Positions 51,401-64,000 of a DNA stretch of 64,000 bases are shown piece by piece (the stretch's first letter is position 1; each line of letters begins with the position of its first letter). The position numbers and the translations under genes are program-made. The notes under the pieces are model-generated. The model searched no databases. It was not told where the DNA came from and worked only from the letters and a program-made list of their open reading frames with translations. The DNA is from Chrysemys picta bellii (lineage: Eukaryota), in contig NC_088797.1 in the NCBI RefSeq assembly GCF_011386835.1, positions 101,742,001-101,806,000 on the forward strand, in the 5' to 3' direction.

Positions 51401-52877
51401 AAATTCATGGGTTAGGAAACCACATTATGGAAACTCTGTGAAAACTCTGGATAGGGAATCCCCGAGGTCAAGCCTGCTTAGATATGTAGCATTGGATCAG
51501 TGTAAAAAGTGTGATTTCTGGTATATTTCATGAAGGGCCCAACTTTCAAAATTAACTTTCTGTAGAGCACAATGAGCCCTTTGGTGACAACAATGAGTAA
51601 TTTCACATCTAAGTGTGCATTTGCATGTGTAAATGAGGGATCTGTATGTGTATTTTAGGCATCAGCTTTTAAAAACTGGAACTGAATACACTCATCACTC
51701 ATTCTCTGGGCATTTTCGTAGTGGACATACAAGTTGAAATTTCTAAACAGTGCAGCAGATGTCACCACTTCCATTAAATTTTAATGGAGGATGTGTGGCT
51801 AAATACCCAGCACTGCTTTGAAAAAAGTACCTACTATAGTGGGATTCTGGCTCAATGACATAAAAATAAACCAGATTCTTGTATATTGTGTTGATCCTGA
51901 ATGAAAATAAAAATACACAGTCTAAACTGACCTGCAAGTACAGTGAGGCATGAAACAATAGAAGCAAGGCAATCCTTTTCAAGAATCTTGCTGCTGACAC
52001 GTATTACTTTTTATTACAGATCTCCAGGTCACTACTACAGGAACATTTGCTGCCTTAAAGTATGGCATTTAAAACAACCATACTTACACTGTAAATCAGC
52101 AAAGAGCTTACTCGAGCCAGAAATGTAGAGTAAATGCAGAAAATCCAGACTGACACTCTGTCCATAATTCACTCTTCTTTTGGGGAAAAATTGCCCTTAT
52201 TCTTGCCATTTGGCTAAGTGTCAGCCTTGATTTTCAGCCATAACATGGAATTCCCTTCCTCCTCTAGACAAGTGCTTAATCTTACTTATATGTAGTTCTC
52301 TTTTGTAGTTGACCTTTTAATGGTAGCTTTTTAGAGTATATACTTATAATTATTACATCCTTTAAAAACTTTATTATTAGATTTCCAGAAATTAATTCTG
52401 GGAAACATGATATTTACTCTGGCCTGATGAATTTCATCCATTTTACAATGCTCCTAACTCAGTGACCAGAGTAGTTTTATTAGTACATGCTAGTATCCTG
52501 TAGTTCATGCTGTTCATTCTAACTCTCTCTTTATCCATTCTCTAAATCTCAAATGCATTTTTGTACTTACAACAATTTAAGAGTAAAATTAACTATAAAC
52601 TTTGGAAAAACCCACGAAGAAGCAAAACTTCTTCAAAATCTCTGGTGGAGCTGCATGCTTCCTTCACAGTGGAGGGATTTGGGGAGGGAGAAGTAGACAC
52701 AGGATGAAAAACTGGTCCCATTGAAGTCAATGGCAAAACTCCCATTGGCTTCAGTGGGGCCAGCATTTCACTTATAGTCTGAAAACTGTGTGAAGACCAG
52801 GGTTCTAGGGGAAAGTACTCTGCTTTCCCCAAAGAATATTGGGCCATATTTGGAATAGTCTTTCCCTTTGCACTCAC

Positions 52878-52961
52878 TCTGGGTAGTTAACAGCCAGAGA
52901 GGAGTCTGAAAGCTGATTCTAGAAGACTTGACTGTTGCACAGATTTCCATTGAGAAATCTG
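52878..52961 (-). other. Candidate internal exon (DFSMEICATVKSSRISFQTPLWLLTTQ)
   Basis: ttctattggactcag| ... |gtgagt, 84 nt. The only open frame is phase 1 to phase 1. Confidence 0.3.
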
Positions 52962-54442
52962 CTGAGTCCAATAGAAGTGAGCCACAGAAAACAGATACTC
53001 AGTGCAGACAACTTCTGTTCTGTGTTAATCCCCAGAAATCTGCAGAACCCTGACTATGCAGAGCTCATATGGATGGTCTTCTGCTGGCTTGTAGGTGTTG
53101 TTGGAGTGAACATGCTGTCTTCACCTCACACACGTACTCTCTGGCCTGCTTAAATGCTAGTTTGTGCCCCTCTGTTATATTTGTAAAGTCCAATTTAAAT
53201 GTTACAAAGCCTATGCCTTTAATCATGGGATTTATAGTCATTGTAAGGTTAAATGTTGTCCTAGAATTAAATTAAGTTTGAACACTGCCTCTAAAAGAAA
53301 AATAGCCTTCTAAAAGTTTAAGAATCTGATCACCTAAAATTGCAACAAACAGTAATAGCAGATGGTAGGCCAAATCCTTCTTACAATGACATCTGTCAAA
53401 TCAGGATTCAAACAAAAATTAGCAGGATCTAAAATCTTGAGAATTAACAGTAACTTTCGATATTTCTGAAAAAAGCATTCCCATTATGGATATATTTTAA
53501 AATAGTATTAGAAAACATGCAGTGTGTTGTGACTGTGATAAAAGATGCTAAAATACAGTAAAAATATCATCTTACTATATTATTACAGATACCATATTCT
53601 TTCCCATTTTGTTGTTTATTGGGTATGTTTAAAAAAACAGGGTTGAATTCACAAAAAAGATTTGAATAGAGCTATGTGAACTATTCACTGCAAAACCCTA
53701 AACCAGGTGAATCTGTTTGGTTTTGGATTTACATTCAAAATTCAAACCAGTAAGGTTTCATTTAAGGTTATTGTTAAGCTCTCAATCCTTTCATCAAAAT
53801 TGGCAGGAACATATTCTTCTCTTTTTGCTGAGACAAGAATGTTTAGATCGATTACACTGGTTTATTTCAGATTTCATCCAGTTTCATTGCAACAAATCAT
53901 GTGGCAAGTCACAGGCTAGATTTTCTAAGTTTCTGATTGGCAGAGCCTACACACATGGGATTTAAAGGATCAGCCATGATGCCATTTACACTCAGGTGCT
54001 CAGAAAGGGAGGCTGTGACAAGCTGAGTTTTGTTCTTCCAATTTCTAAAAGGAAATACATTAGGAATCAATGAGTTAACCCAATATTTGGGAATCTGGTT
54101 TAACATATAGTGTATTTTAAAACACCTGGTGTGCAAACAATAATTCATGCATGCAACACATCTCTTCCTATGTATATAACTGGGGAACTCCTTTCACAGA
54201 CTCAGTGTCTCTGAAATGTTTAGTCTAGCTTATCCTCTGGAAGGTGTTAGGGAAGGAGTTTCCTAACCCCTACTGCTCCATGGTGAACCGCGTTGGGGCA
54301 GCCTTACATAAGCTCCTTCAGTATATTAGCAGCAGTTGGTAAATGTATCATATGACAGGTCTAATGAATAGCATTGCCAGAATTATCTTTAATATGTCCA
54401 AAAGCATTATATCCACCATAAGTAACCTGTTAATGTATAAAG

Positions 54443-54611
54443 AAGAACAGGAGGACTTGTGGCACCTTAGAGACTAACAAATTTATTAGAGCATAAGCTT
54501 TCGTGGACTACAGCCGCTTATGCTCTAATAAATTTGTTAGTCTCTAAGGTGCCACAAGTCCTCCTGTTCTTCTTTTTGCGGATACAGACTAACACGGCTG
54601 CTACTCTGAAA
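54443..54611. mobile_element. Penelope-like terminal-repeat insertion with inverted arms
   Basis: Same family as 33574 and 30815; flanking direct repeat ctgttaatgtataaag (54427-42, 54612-27). Confidence 0.8.
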
Positions 54612-55743
54612 CTGTTAATGTATAAAGCCCTGAATCTGCAACCCTTACTCATGATGAATACTAATTAGTCATACAATTAGTCCTGTTGAGCTAAATGGGA
54701 CTAGTCGCATGAGTTAGGTTTATAGGGTCAGGCCCTGAGGTAATGTGTCCAAATCACATTTATATTAGAAAGTATCAGAACATTGACTGTAATTGCACTT
54801 CAGAGTTCAACTATGTATGTTAATATGAACAAACTAATTGTACTTCCCAACAAAAGAATCAAAGCAAACAAAAAAAAGAGAGAGATCAGAGATTGCTCAG
54901 CAAACATGGTTAACATTCCAAAACAAACAAACAACCCCCAAAGTGATTGAAATGTAGGTATCAGTTTAATTATTTATTTCTTCATGGTTTGTGTTAAAGT
55001 AAATTGGATTTGTTCATTATAATCTGGATTTGAATGAACAGGCAGAGCTAATACTTTAGAGAATCATACACAAATCTCCCAAGCTCTGAAGTCCTATGGA
55101 CGCCCATTAAGATAGACCAGTGTTTGAACTTCCTCTAAAGCAATTTTCTCATTTCACTGCATGTATAATTTATGCTTTTTCTTAAAAAAAATGCCCCTAA
55201 GGTTTATCAGATATACTAAATTGTTTAAGGAGATTCTTATTTATATTTGTTAACTCAGAATGTCTGCCCCATTATGGAATTTATTTTAAATATGTCTTGC
55301 ACTGAAAAAGAAATGACACTCTTTAAACAGATGAGTCTACCGAAAAAACAAATATGATTTTAAAATAAACTCATTAGTTATGCATAGTTATGACATATGC
55401 AATAACAATAAATAGAATTAAAGGGCTCAGCAAACTGACAAATTATATTTTTCCATTCCCAGCACAAAAGTGAGACAAAACTGATTAGATTATAAATGAG
55501 ATTTCAAATCTCTTTCATCTTTGACCCTTAAAATGATTCAGGGGAAATTAAAAGTTCAGTAATTCATTAAAAAAAAAAAACAACAACCTTGACATAACCA
55601 CTAAATGCAAATAAAGGGGGGTGGGGACTATGTGAATAGTTTGTATTGACTGACCACTGTATAAGCTTTTTAAAGGATTTCTGCTAAGATCTGAAAGGAG
55701 TAAGAATCAATTGCAGGAGAGCTAACAAGAGGAGGAAGACAGG

Positions 55744-55911
55744 TAGGGTGACCAGATGTCCCGATTTTATAGGGACAGTCCCGATTTTTGGGTCTTTTTC
55801 TTATATAGGTTCCTATTACCCCCCACTCCCTGTCCCGATTTTTCACATATAGGTTCCTATTACCCCCCACTCCCTGTCCCGATTTTTCACACTTGCTGTC
55901 TGGTCACCCTA
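55744..55911. mobile_element. hAT (Tip100-like) MITE with internal 44-bp tandem duplication
   Basis: TIRs tagggtgaccaga / tctggtcacccta; perfect 8-bp TSD aagacagg; duplicated unit 55803-46 / 55847-90. Confidence 0.88.
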
Positions 55912-58900
55912 AAGACAGGACACTACAAACCTGTCACAAGCAAATATTAAAGACATGACAATTACAGATTCTAAAGTACTGGAGGCTTGCCTAGATTAGA
56001 AAAAGCACCTAAACTCAAGGCCAGTTAGTGATATCCTTACTCACACTGAATTGTACCTTACTCTACAAGTAGTCCCAGTTAAGTCAATGGAACTATTCAT
56101 GGAGTAAGACATTATTTGATGTGAGTAAAGGGGTGAAATCCTGGTTTCACTGAAATCAATAGGAGATTTGGCATTGACTTCAATGTGGCCAGGTTTCCCA
56201 ACCCACCAATATATCAGATCTGATCCTCTGGAAATAGGTATTTTTACCTATTTTTATGTGGAAATATGTAGTTTAAAACAATGTCTTTTAATATTTTAAT
56301 TTGTGAACTCAGGGCCTGATCCAATATCCACTACAGTCAATGGAAGACTCCTATTCACTTCAGCTGGCTTTGGATCAGGCACTAGGTGAATGAAGAGTTA
56401 AAGGGTATATTTATTTGTAAATATAGACACATTCTCTCAAGCACTCAGCATGAGGTGCCTAATGTGTTGGGAAAAAGAAAAGAAAAAGAAAATGCGGTTA
56501 CAAGATGATTATAAATGAATATAATTATGAAGTGCATGGTTTGGATTTATACCTGTAACTGAAATTGGAATTTGGGCCTGTATTTTCATTAGGGTCAGAT
56601 TCTGATGTCAGTTATACTGGTATAAATCCAAAGAGATTAGCTTGAGGTGTACCCTTGAATTCCTCTTACCCACATAATACCAACACAGCCATAATACTTT
56701 AGGGTTAGAAGCCATATAAATATTTGTTTGAATCCGGCATTCAGTGAGTAGCAGGTAATAATGTAAAATCAATAATCAATCTCAAAGTGCTTTAAAAAGT
56801 GAGTACCAATGTGCATTAATATTCCAATTTACAGATAAGGAAAATAAGATGCATAAAAGTTATGTGATCTAACCATTGACCACACTTCCTTCTTATTTAT
56901 AGAGATGAATATTATTTCCTATTTTAAAAAAAAGTTTAAGTACAATGTAAGTTAATTTCCATCTATTTCAAATATTTGCTGATGATTTGGCCCCTGGCTT
57001 TTTCTGTTTCATATGGACTACAATGATTTTTTAAACAATAGCCATACAAACAGGTTCCCTAAAAGTTTTAATACCCAAAAAACAGGACAGGAGAATCAAA
57101 CATGATTATATCTTCTTAGAAAAGGGGTGGATTAAGTGTCCATGTAGTAGATAAGATGTCTGTCCCTGTAGAAGTGTTTCTAATTTCTACAAAATGTAGA
57201 ATTCTGTTAGCATTGGGGGCAATATAGAGATACTTATAGTTCGTTTTGTTGTAGAAAGTGCAGGATCCTCACTTTGAGGATCTTCTCTTGAGGTTGCTAG
57301 AAGTGGAAAGTATTGTGTGTTTGACACTTCTAATGTCCCAGGGAGCACTGGGAGTTAAAGCTTTAAAATATGCATTGCCTTTCAGAACTTGACGTGAAAT
57401 ACGCTTCCTTGCAAGAGTTGTTTGTAGTGCAAATGTAACATGTGATTGTTGCGCTGTGAAGAGGGATATCAGTGTGATGAAGAGATCAGTGAAAGCTGAA
57501 GATCACTCCAATTGGACTGTAATGGAATGTAGAAATGCTGGTTCTGATTAGAGGGTGCAATGCAAAATGCTACTTAGATGACCAAGGCCACTGTCAGGAA
57601 CCAGATAAAAAACCCTCAATAATCTATGCATGTTTTTTTACTATTCATTGTTATAAGATGTCAATTTAATAACCTTTCTTTGATTGTTACAAGGCTTGGA
57701 AAGAAATATAATATTCAGCAAAAAGAATAAAAATTGGAATTACTGAGAAATAATAAGTAATATATCATTAGTGATTCACAAATGTAATGCTTTTAAAATT
57801 AAGTCATAGTATGATGTTAAACACAACAGCTTTAATAACTAATTAAACCTTTACTTCAGGCTAATACTGAGTTTGCTGTGTTCTGTATGGCCTTCATCTG
57901 CATAATGATAGTAGTTAAATCATAAAATATGCTGGTTTTACTTGTTATGTCACTGGGAACTGCCAGTGCTAAGAAGCAGAATTTTTTTAAAGCTTGAAAT
58001 ATTAAAGACTTGTGGGCCAATGGTTATTTTTTAAAAGAATTCAGTAAAAAGCCTGTGCTTATTCTAAAATATACTCACTGGCCTAGATTCATGAGAAGCT
58101 AAATACTGAACTGAGATGTGCTAAGAATGAGTTTGGATTCCATTTACGAAATGATAACCCATTGATTTTATCCTACAGAAAAGAATACCATATACCTCTT
58201 CCCCTAAAATAACACCCACATGAAGGAAAGCTGTTTGAGGCAGACGCAGTAGCAAAACAAGGACAGACACATACATGGAATTAAGTGGCAGACCACAACT
58301 TTTATTCAGCTTTAACACAGAGGAGGGGCACTACCCGCCCATCACCCACACTCTCCTATACCAGGCATTTAATTAGCATTACAGGTCACTTCACCATATA
58401 AATAATGCCGGGTAGGTTCTCTTTAGCCTATCCCTCAGGACTCTGCTCTCTCTGAGTCCAAGCACCACTCCTCTCGACTAGGGGGAGAGAGGCTGCAGAA
58501 GGGTGGGGACCTTGGCCTGCAAGGGCCACAAGGTCTGACCTCAGCATGCAAAGGCTGCAAGGTCTCACCTTAACCCATCACCAAAATCCCAGGTCTTTTA
58601 CCTCTGGAAACTGTTCATTTTGCTCTCTTAACCACACTGGCCACAAGTTGTGATGAATAAACAAAATCAGCCCAGTACCTCAGTTAGGTACTAAGCACAT
58701 TCCTACTTAATCCACTGTGGCTTGAAGGTGCTGCAAGGAAGGCAAAAAAACTCCCCTGTCCTATGCCAATTGGCCCATGAGAGAAAAATTCCTTCCTGAC
58801 CCCGAAACGGGCAATTGGCTAATCCTGCAGGATCTGTCTGTCCGGGTTCCCATTCCTAGCTCGGGTGGGAAAGGCGGGACTGTTGGAATGGAGCCGAAAG

Positions 58901-60700
58901 AGGCTCTAACTGGCCCCCATGCAAGGTTAAGTCCTGGGAGCTGGGGAATACTGACTAATCAGCACCCCTCCCCCCTAGCTGGCCAATGCGTGCCAGAGAC
59001 TCCAAGGGAGAGGTGCTACCTAGTGTCCCTTAGTGAGTGTCCCCCATCACAGTTGGCCCCATCAAGTTCCCCCCACATGCTGAGACAGATGTGAGACATA
59101 TCTAATTACACTGTAGCTTTTTAAAAAAGTGACTCATTGAAAACTGAGTCACTATCAGGCTGATCAGAACACTTTCCTCTTTTATTGTTCTCCGAGACAA
59201 CTCTGGAAACCCATTCTCCTTAACCCTTCTATTATTATTTGGAAACTTTTTCCCACTGCTGCAGCATTTGTTTAACCAACAAAGCATGTCAAGAATCAGT
59301 CATGTCATGTAGAGGTTATCTAGTCTCTTGGTATGCTAAAATGTCTCTACCAGCTAAGTTTTCTTCTTCAAATGACAATCTCTATCCTGAAGACATTTAA
59401 AGCTTTCTGGACTACAAACACAAATATGACTAAACAGAATAAACAAGAGTCTGTTATGTGCCTCATACCAAGGACATCACAGAGAATCACTGGCAGATGG
59501 GAACAATCAATTCTTTACCAATAAATACTGTAACTGCCTCAAATGCAACAGCTGTGAAGAAGCTTAACAGATGTAAGGACCCTTTTAAATGGTAATTGAG
59601 GTTTTAACCCTGTATTTTATGAAGGCCTGACACACCTGAAATTGAGTCTTTCGAGAGGAGGGATAGCAATAGGAGCTCATTGTGCTGTGACAGGGTAAAT
59701 AGGCACTGCAAAGAATCTGTGCCATTAATATGCACAACGTTTTACAGAACTTTAAATATGGAGGGAAGCTTTTATTGGTGAATTTAATGCCATCATAAGT
59801 GAAAGGACATTTATAAACTGGTCTTATACAAAACAGTCTTAGCAACAAATTAGAATGGATGTCTACGTGACTACTGAGATGTTTAAACAAATATAACATT
59901 GTACCGGGGATTGTCTAGTAGTTCTTAATCTGCCCAAGCACTGTAACAAGAAGAAATAGGCCTGAACCAAATATCAGATGTGAGCACCAATGAACTTCAG
60001 GAGAGTCCAGGTGTGCATCTGAGCTTTGCAGTCCAGGTCCATCTTTAATTCTAGCAATAATAATACCTCTCTTGTTGTGCTCTTTTCCGATGTGGATCTC
60101 AAAGTACTGTATCTCAGGTAAGATAAAGTAACAATAGTTTTCCAGATATTTTATTCTAGTCTAGACAGTTTAGTTTCCAAAGAGATGAGGCAAGAATGAT
60201 CTTGCCACAATCTTACTTTCACACTCAGGAAATAATGCTGAAAATAGTCTAGTAAAAGAACTTCCCAAAACCTTTACAGTGTGACTGGACACGGACATGA
60301 ATTTTTCCCTGGTTTCAAGTTTGGTTACCAATTCAAAACTCAGACTAAGATTATGAAAATATTTGCGATTCTTTCTGAGTGAATTCAGACCATGTTTTGC
60401 AAAACCCTGGATTGAATAATGGTTTTGTGTTGTAACTGTGTGAAGTTCATGGTGTCGCGTGCCTTTCATAGGAAAACAGGTAAAACTCAGCACCATTTAG
60501 ACTGAGTTTTACATTTATGTTTTGAGCTCATTTAACTCTAGAGTTCAAAGCAAAACTCACCATGGAATGAGAAACTGAACAGATAAAACACAAAGAAAAT
60601 GTCTGAACTGGCTTTTCTGTAGTGACATCACTGAGTTTCCAGTAGCTTCATTTAGTAGTATCCACTGCAGAATGTGCATACTACTGGACACAGCACATAC

Positions 60701-60798
60701 TGAGCGTTGAGGCAAAGTATGTGCTGCCATTTTCATCTTTGTTTCTAATTGAATGAGTGTTATTAGAACTCCCAGGGCCGTGCTTTCCAAGCGGGGTG
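60701..60798 (-). other. Candidate internal exon (open frame TPLGKHGPGSSNNTHSIRNKDENGSTYFASTL)
   Basis: gtatttctcag| ... |gtatgt, 98 nt, ends in phase 1. No homology recognised. Confidence 0.3.
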
Positions 60799-62809
60799 CT
60801 GAGAAATACATGCACATGTTCTGTAATTTATTTAGACGTATGCTCATCTCCTCTGTACTGGTCTGAAACAAGCCTCCCTCCCCGCACCTCGGGTTTATTT
60901 CACCTGGTGACTTTTGTCTGGTTGCATTTAGCATTCTATGCAATTTGATTATTTTTAAAAAAAATCAGTTGGAAGTACAGCTACATGACAACAGCTAGTA
61001 GAAATATTATCCATTAGCCACATAATGTACTACCCAAGCACAGACTTCAAAGCTTTAATTCCCAGACAGTTACATATAATCAGTGTAAGATACACTAATG
61101 ATCTGGTATATAGACACCAACAATTCTAAAGAATAGCATAGGATTGTATTGTTTTTGAGAGAGGCCCTCAATAAAATATTTTTGGTCTTGGCTTCTTAAC
61201 ATTTTAAGTACTATAGTTCATAGTCAATTAAAGTATGAAATTGCATATTTTTCAACTTTCGAATCACGTAGTAGCCATTTAAATGTTCTATTTTGTTTTT
61301 ACATATGTCAAGTTCAATTTAACAAACTGTCCTGTCATGAGGGTTTGTTTGGTACTGAGATAGCATCTTAAATGATGACAGTAATAAAACAAATGCTTAA
61401 ATTACAAGGAGAAATGCAGCAGGATCTTTTTCAAATTGTCTGCCAGTAGGAATCACTAAAATAGTAAATCGCAGCCTCTTATTTTATGAACTGAAACCTC
61501 TCCATGACCAAATAGCTTCCCCAGCTGTGCTTCAATTCTGCACTGTCCTCAAGCAATAATGATGTCATTATTCCCACCTCAGGACCTTTATCTAATCTCA
61601 TCTCTAGATGTTGTAAATTTAGGTCGGCATTGTCATCTCAATGCATTTCCGTTTGTTTAAAACGGCTGAAACACTGAAGCAGAAGTATTGTGCAGCCAGA
61701 CATCCTCTGCTTTTATACACATCGGCAGTTTTTTTTTTTATCTGTAGGAAAATGCTTTCAGAGTAATACAGTTCACATACTTAGAGCCAAATTCTGCTCT
61801 CTGTTGAGGTAAAAAAAGTTACTCAAGATTTACACCAGTGCAAAGGTGAGCAGAATTTGCCCCTGTAAAATAAGCTAGTTACAGCTATTTTTAAAAACAA
61901 AATGTATGGAAATTTATATAAGGAATGCAACTGATAAGATAATAAAGTGAAACTCAAGCACTTGTAGTTCAGAAATTCCCAATGCATAGGCACTGACTCT
62001 GTGGTGCTCCGGGACTCAAGCACCCACTGAAAAAAATAGGGTGCGTATGGGTTGGATTATTCTTTTGTGGGCCCTAGCACCCAGACAATGGCCCCACCTC
62101 CTGCTCTGCCTGAACTCAGCCCTGAGGCTCTGCCCCCGCTTGGTGTCTTCCCCCCAAGGCCCCACCTGCCACTCACAAAGAGGGGAGGGGGCAGACAGGA
62201 GCACCCATCAGCAAAAACAAAAAGCAGTGCCTGTGTCCCCATGGAGCTGCTATGGAACATTTTTCTTCCTGGCTTCCTAAAAACAACAACAAAATAATCA
62301 CTGCTGGAAATTAAGGCACAACAATAAAAAGGAACAATTTGATTGTCTACTAAACAAACCAATCTAAAGAAAGCTAATTATCTACAAAAAGAAATAGGGT
62401 CATAGGGACAAACTAAGCCCCAGTGTAAATGGCCAGGATCCCCTACAATGGTAGCCACATCTGTGTTCACTAGGACTGAGTGCAATCCATTGGCTTTCAG
62501 ATCACCTTTAGTGTAATACACCTCATTTAATAATAGTGTACAATATTCACTATAATGATCATAATTTAAATCGCAAAATGTATTATGCCCAAGATCCATT
62601 TAGAGACATTGTATGAAATAGATTCTTGTCAAATCCTTTCTTAAATGAAAAAGCTGAGTCCATACCAACATCCCTAATAGAATGTAGACCCATCTAACAA
62701 ATACAAGGACTAGAAGCTCTGAGGAACATGCAGTCTGCCATGTAGGATCCCTGCCCATGACAGGACCCAATTAGGACCTCTACTGATCAAAATTATTAAT
62801 GATTCTTTT

Positions 62810-63580
62810 TGGGAAAGTCAGATAACCACATTCCTGAAGCATGCAATAGTGCAGTCACTTCTCAAGAAACCAACAAGGAATGCCAATGACCTTGAAAATT
62901 TCTGTGATGTTTCCAACCTCCCATTTCTAGGCAAAAATCATTGAAAAAGTGTTCATAGCTTTGCTCCAGCTGGAACTAACCCCACCAATGTCATGAAGCC
63001 TCCATAATCATAATTCAGCTGTGGAACGAGGACATATCTCTATGCCCTTACAACTTCTCTTAAGTCAATCTTTGACATAGGCTACCAGAAAGTAGAACAA
63101 CCATCTTTGGCCTGGCAGGTGGATGACACAGAGCTCTAAACTGTCTTCAGTAATTTATCTCCAGCAGATCTTGGAGAGTAGTGATGAGCAGCTGTTCTTT
63201 CTCAAGAGCACGTGTATATAGACTCCCACGGGGGTCAATCTTCCCCCACTTCCTGTTCTATATATATATATATACTAAGACCTCAAGAGAAATCATTCTA
63301 TACCAAGGACTTCATTGTCATCACTATGTTGAAATACACTGGCCTGTGCTGAGCAGATGTGATCAACATCATTACACAGAGATCTCATTGGCTGTGAGAG
63401 CTAAGCAATTACTACCCCCATATTTGTTACCTAAAGACTGGACTGCTATAACTCTCTCTACCAAGACTATTCATCATGGTTAAGCAGAAATTCCAGCTTG
63501 TCCAGCACATGGCAGCCTGCCCTCTAAACAGGACTAGTTGTAGAGATCACCTCTCACCAGTCCTCTGCAACATCCATTCC
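62810..63580 (+). mobile_element. L2-type LINE ORF2 (RT) fossil
   Basis: Remnant translations LKHAIVQSLLKKP, SNLPFLGK, PRGSIFPHFLF, FQLVQHMAA and RDHLSPVL follow L2 ORF2 motifs in order, with frameshifts. Confidence 0.72.
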
Positions 63581-63782
63581 CAAGCAGGTCCAATTTGAGG
63601 CCCTGAGGCCCACCTCTGGGTCTGCTTCTCCATCCACATCCCTCAATACAAACAGACTATAATGTGGTCCTATGCATCAATTACGCCCCTCTTAAACTTC
63701 ATGTTAAGGTTTAAATGGGTATTCAGTAGTGTATAGAGTCTCACAAATTTCACTTTACATTGTTAAAGCTTATTGGTTACCC

Positions 63783-64000
63783 CAGGGGTGGGCAAACCTT
63801 TTGGCCCGAGGGTCACATCTGGGTATTGAAATTGTATGGTTGGCCATGAATGCTCACAAAATTGGGGGTTGGGGTGCGGGAGGGGGAGTGAGGGCTCTGG
63901 GGTGGGGCCAGAAATGAAGAGTTCAGGATGTGGGAGGGAGCTCTGGACTCGGGCAGAGGGTTGGGGTGCGGGAGGGGGTGAGGGCTCCAGCTGGGGGTGT
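63783..64000. mobile_element. 5' part of a hAT-Charlie-type element, truncated by the window end
   Basis: Starts caggggtgggcaaac, followed by a G-rich degenerate repeat tract like the reverse complement of the tract in 43053-43755. Confidence 0.7.

Noticed and set aside
58100-59100. Possible LTR/CR1 composite remnant
   Set aside because: Suggestive motifs only; no termini or TSD could be defined.
39200-64000. Canonical JAKMIP3 coding exons (RIKELEE..., FLFLFLFFSLAFILW)
   Set aside because: Searched by eye on the minus strand and not found; probably beyond the window end.

Overview
Vertebrate genomic DNA, almost certainly a turtle, judged from a tRNA/CR1-tail Pol III SINE, Penelope-type terminal repeats and abundant hAT/Harbinger MITEs. 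The window holds a complete DPYSL4 (CRMP3) gene on the minus strand. It has 14 exons from ATG 32589 to TAA 7778 (1725 nt, 574 aa), all GT-AG and phase-consistent. An upstream alternative first coding exon (35166-34810, 119 aa) gives a long 'CRMP-A type' isoform of 680 aa. Each first exon sits in its own CpG island, and a split RE1/NRSE-like motif lies just upstream of the long start. The region from about 36.8 kb to the window end has no recognisable coding exon. By synteny it is probably the 3' part of JAKMIP3; it shows an AT-rich terminal region and a few phase-compatible candidate exons. The rest is introns and intergenic DNA with many transposon relics: TSD-flanked hAT MITEs, a Harbinger-like MITE, a solo LTR, a SINE, CR1/L2 fragments, and Penelope-derived palindromes carrying minimal hammerhead-like motifs. 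Family assignments and protein comparisons are from memory, not database searches.
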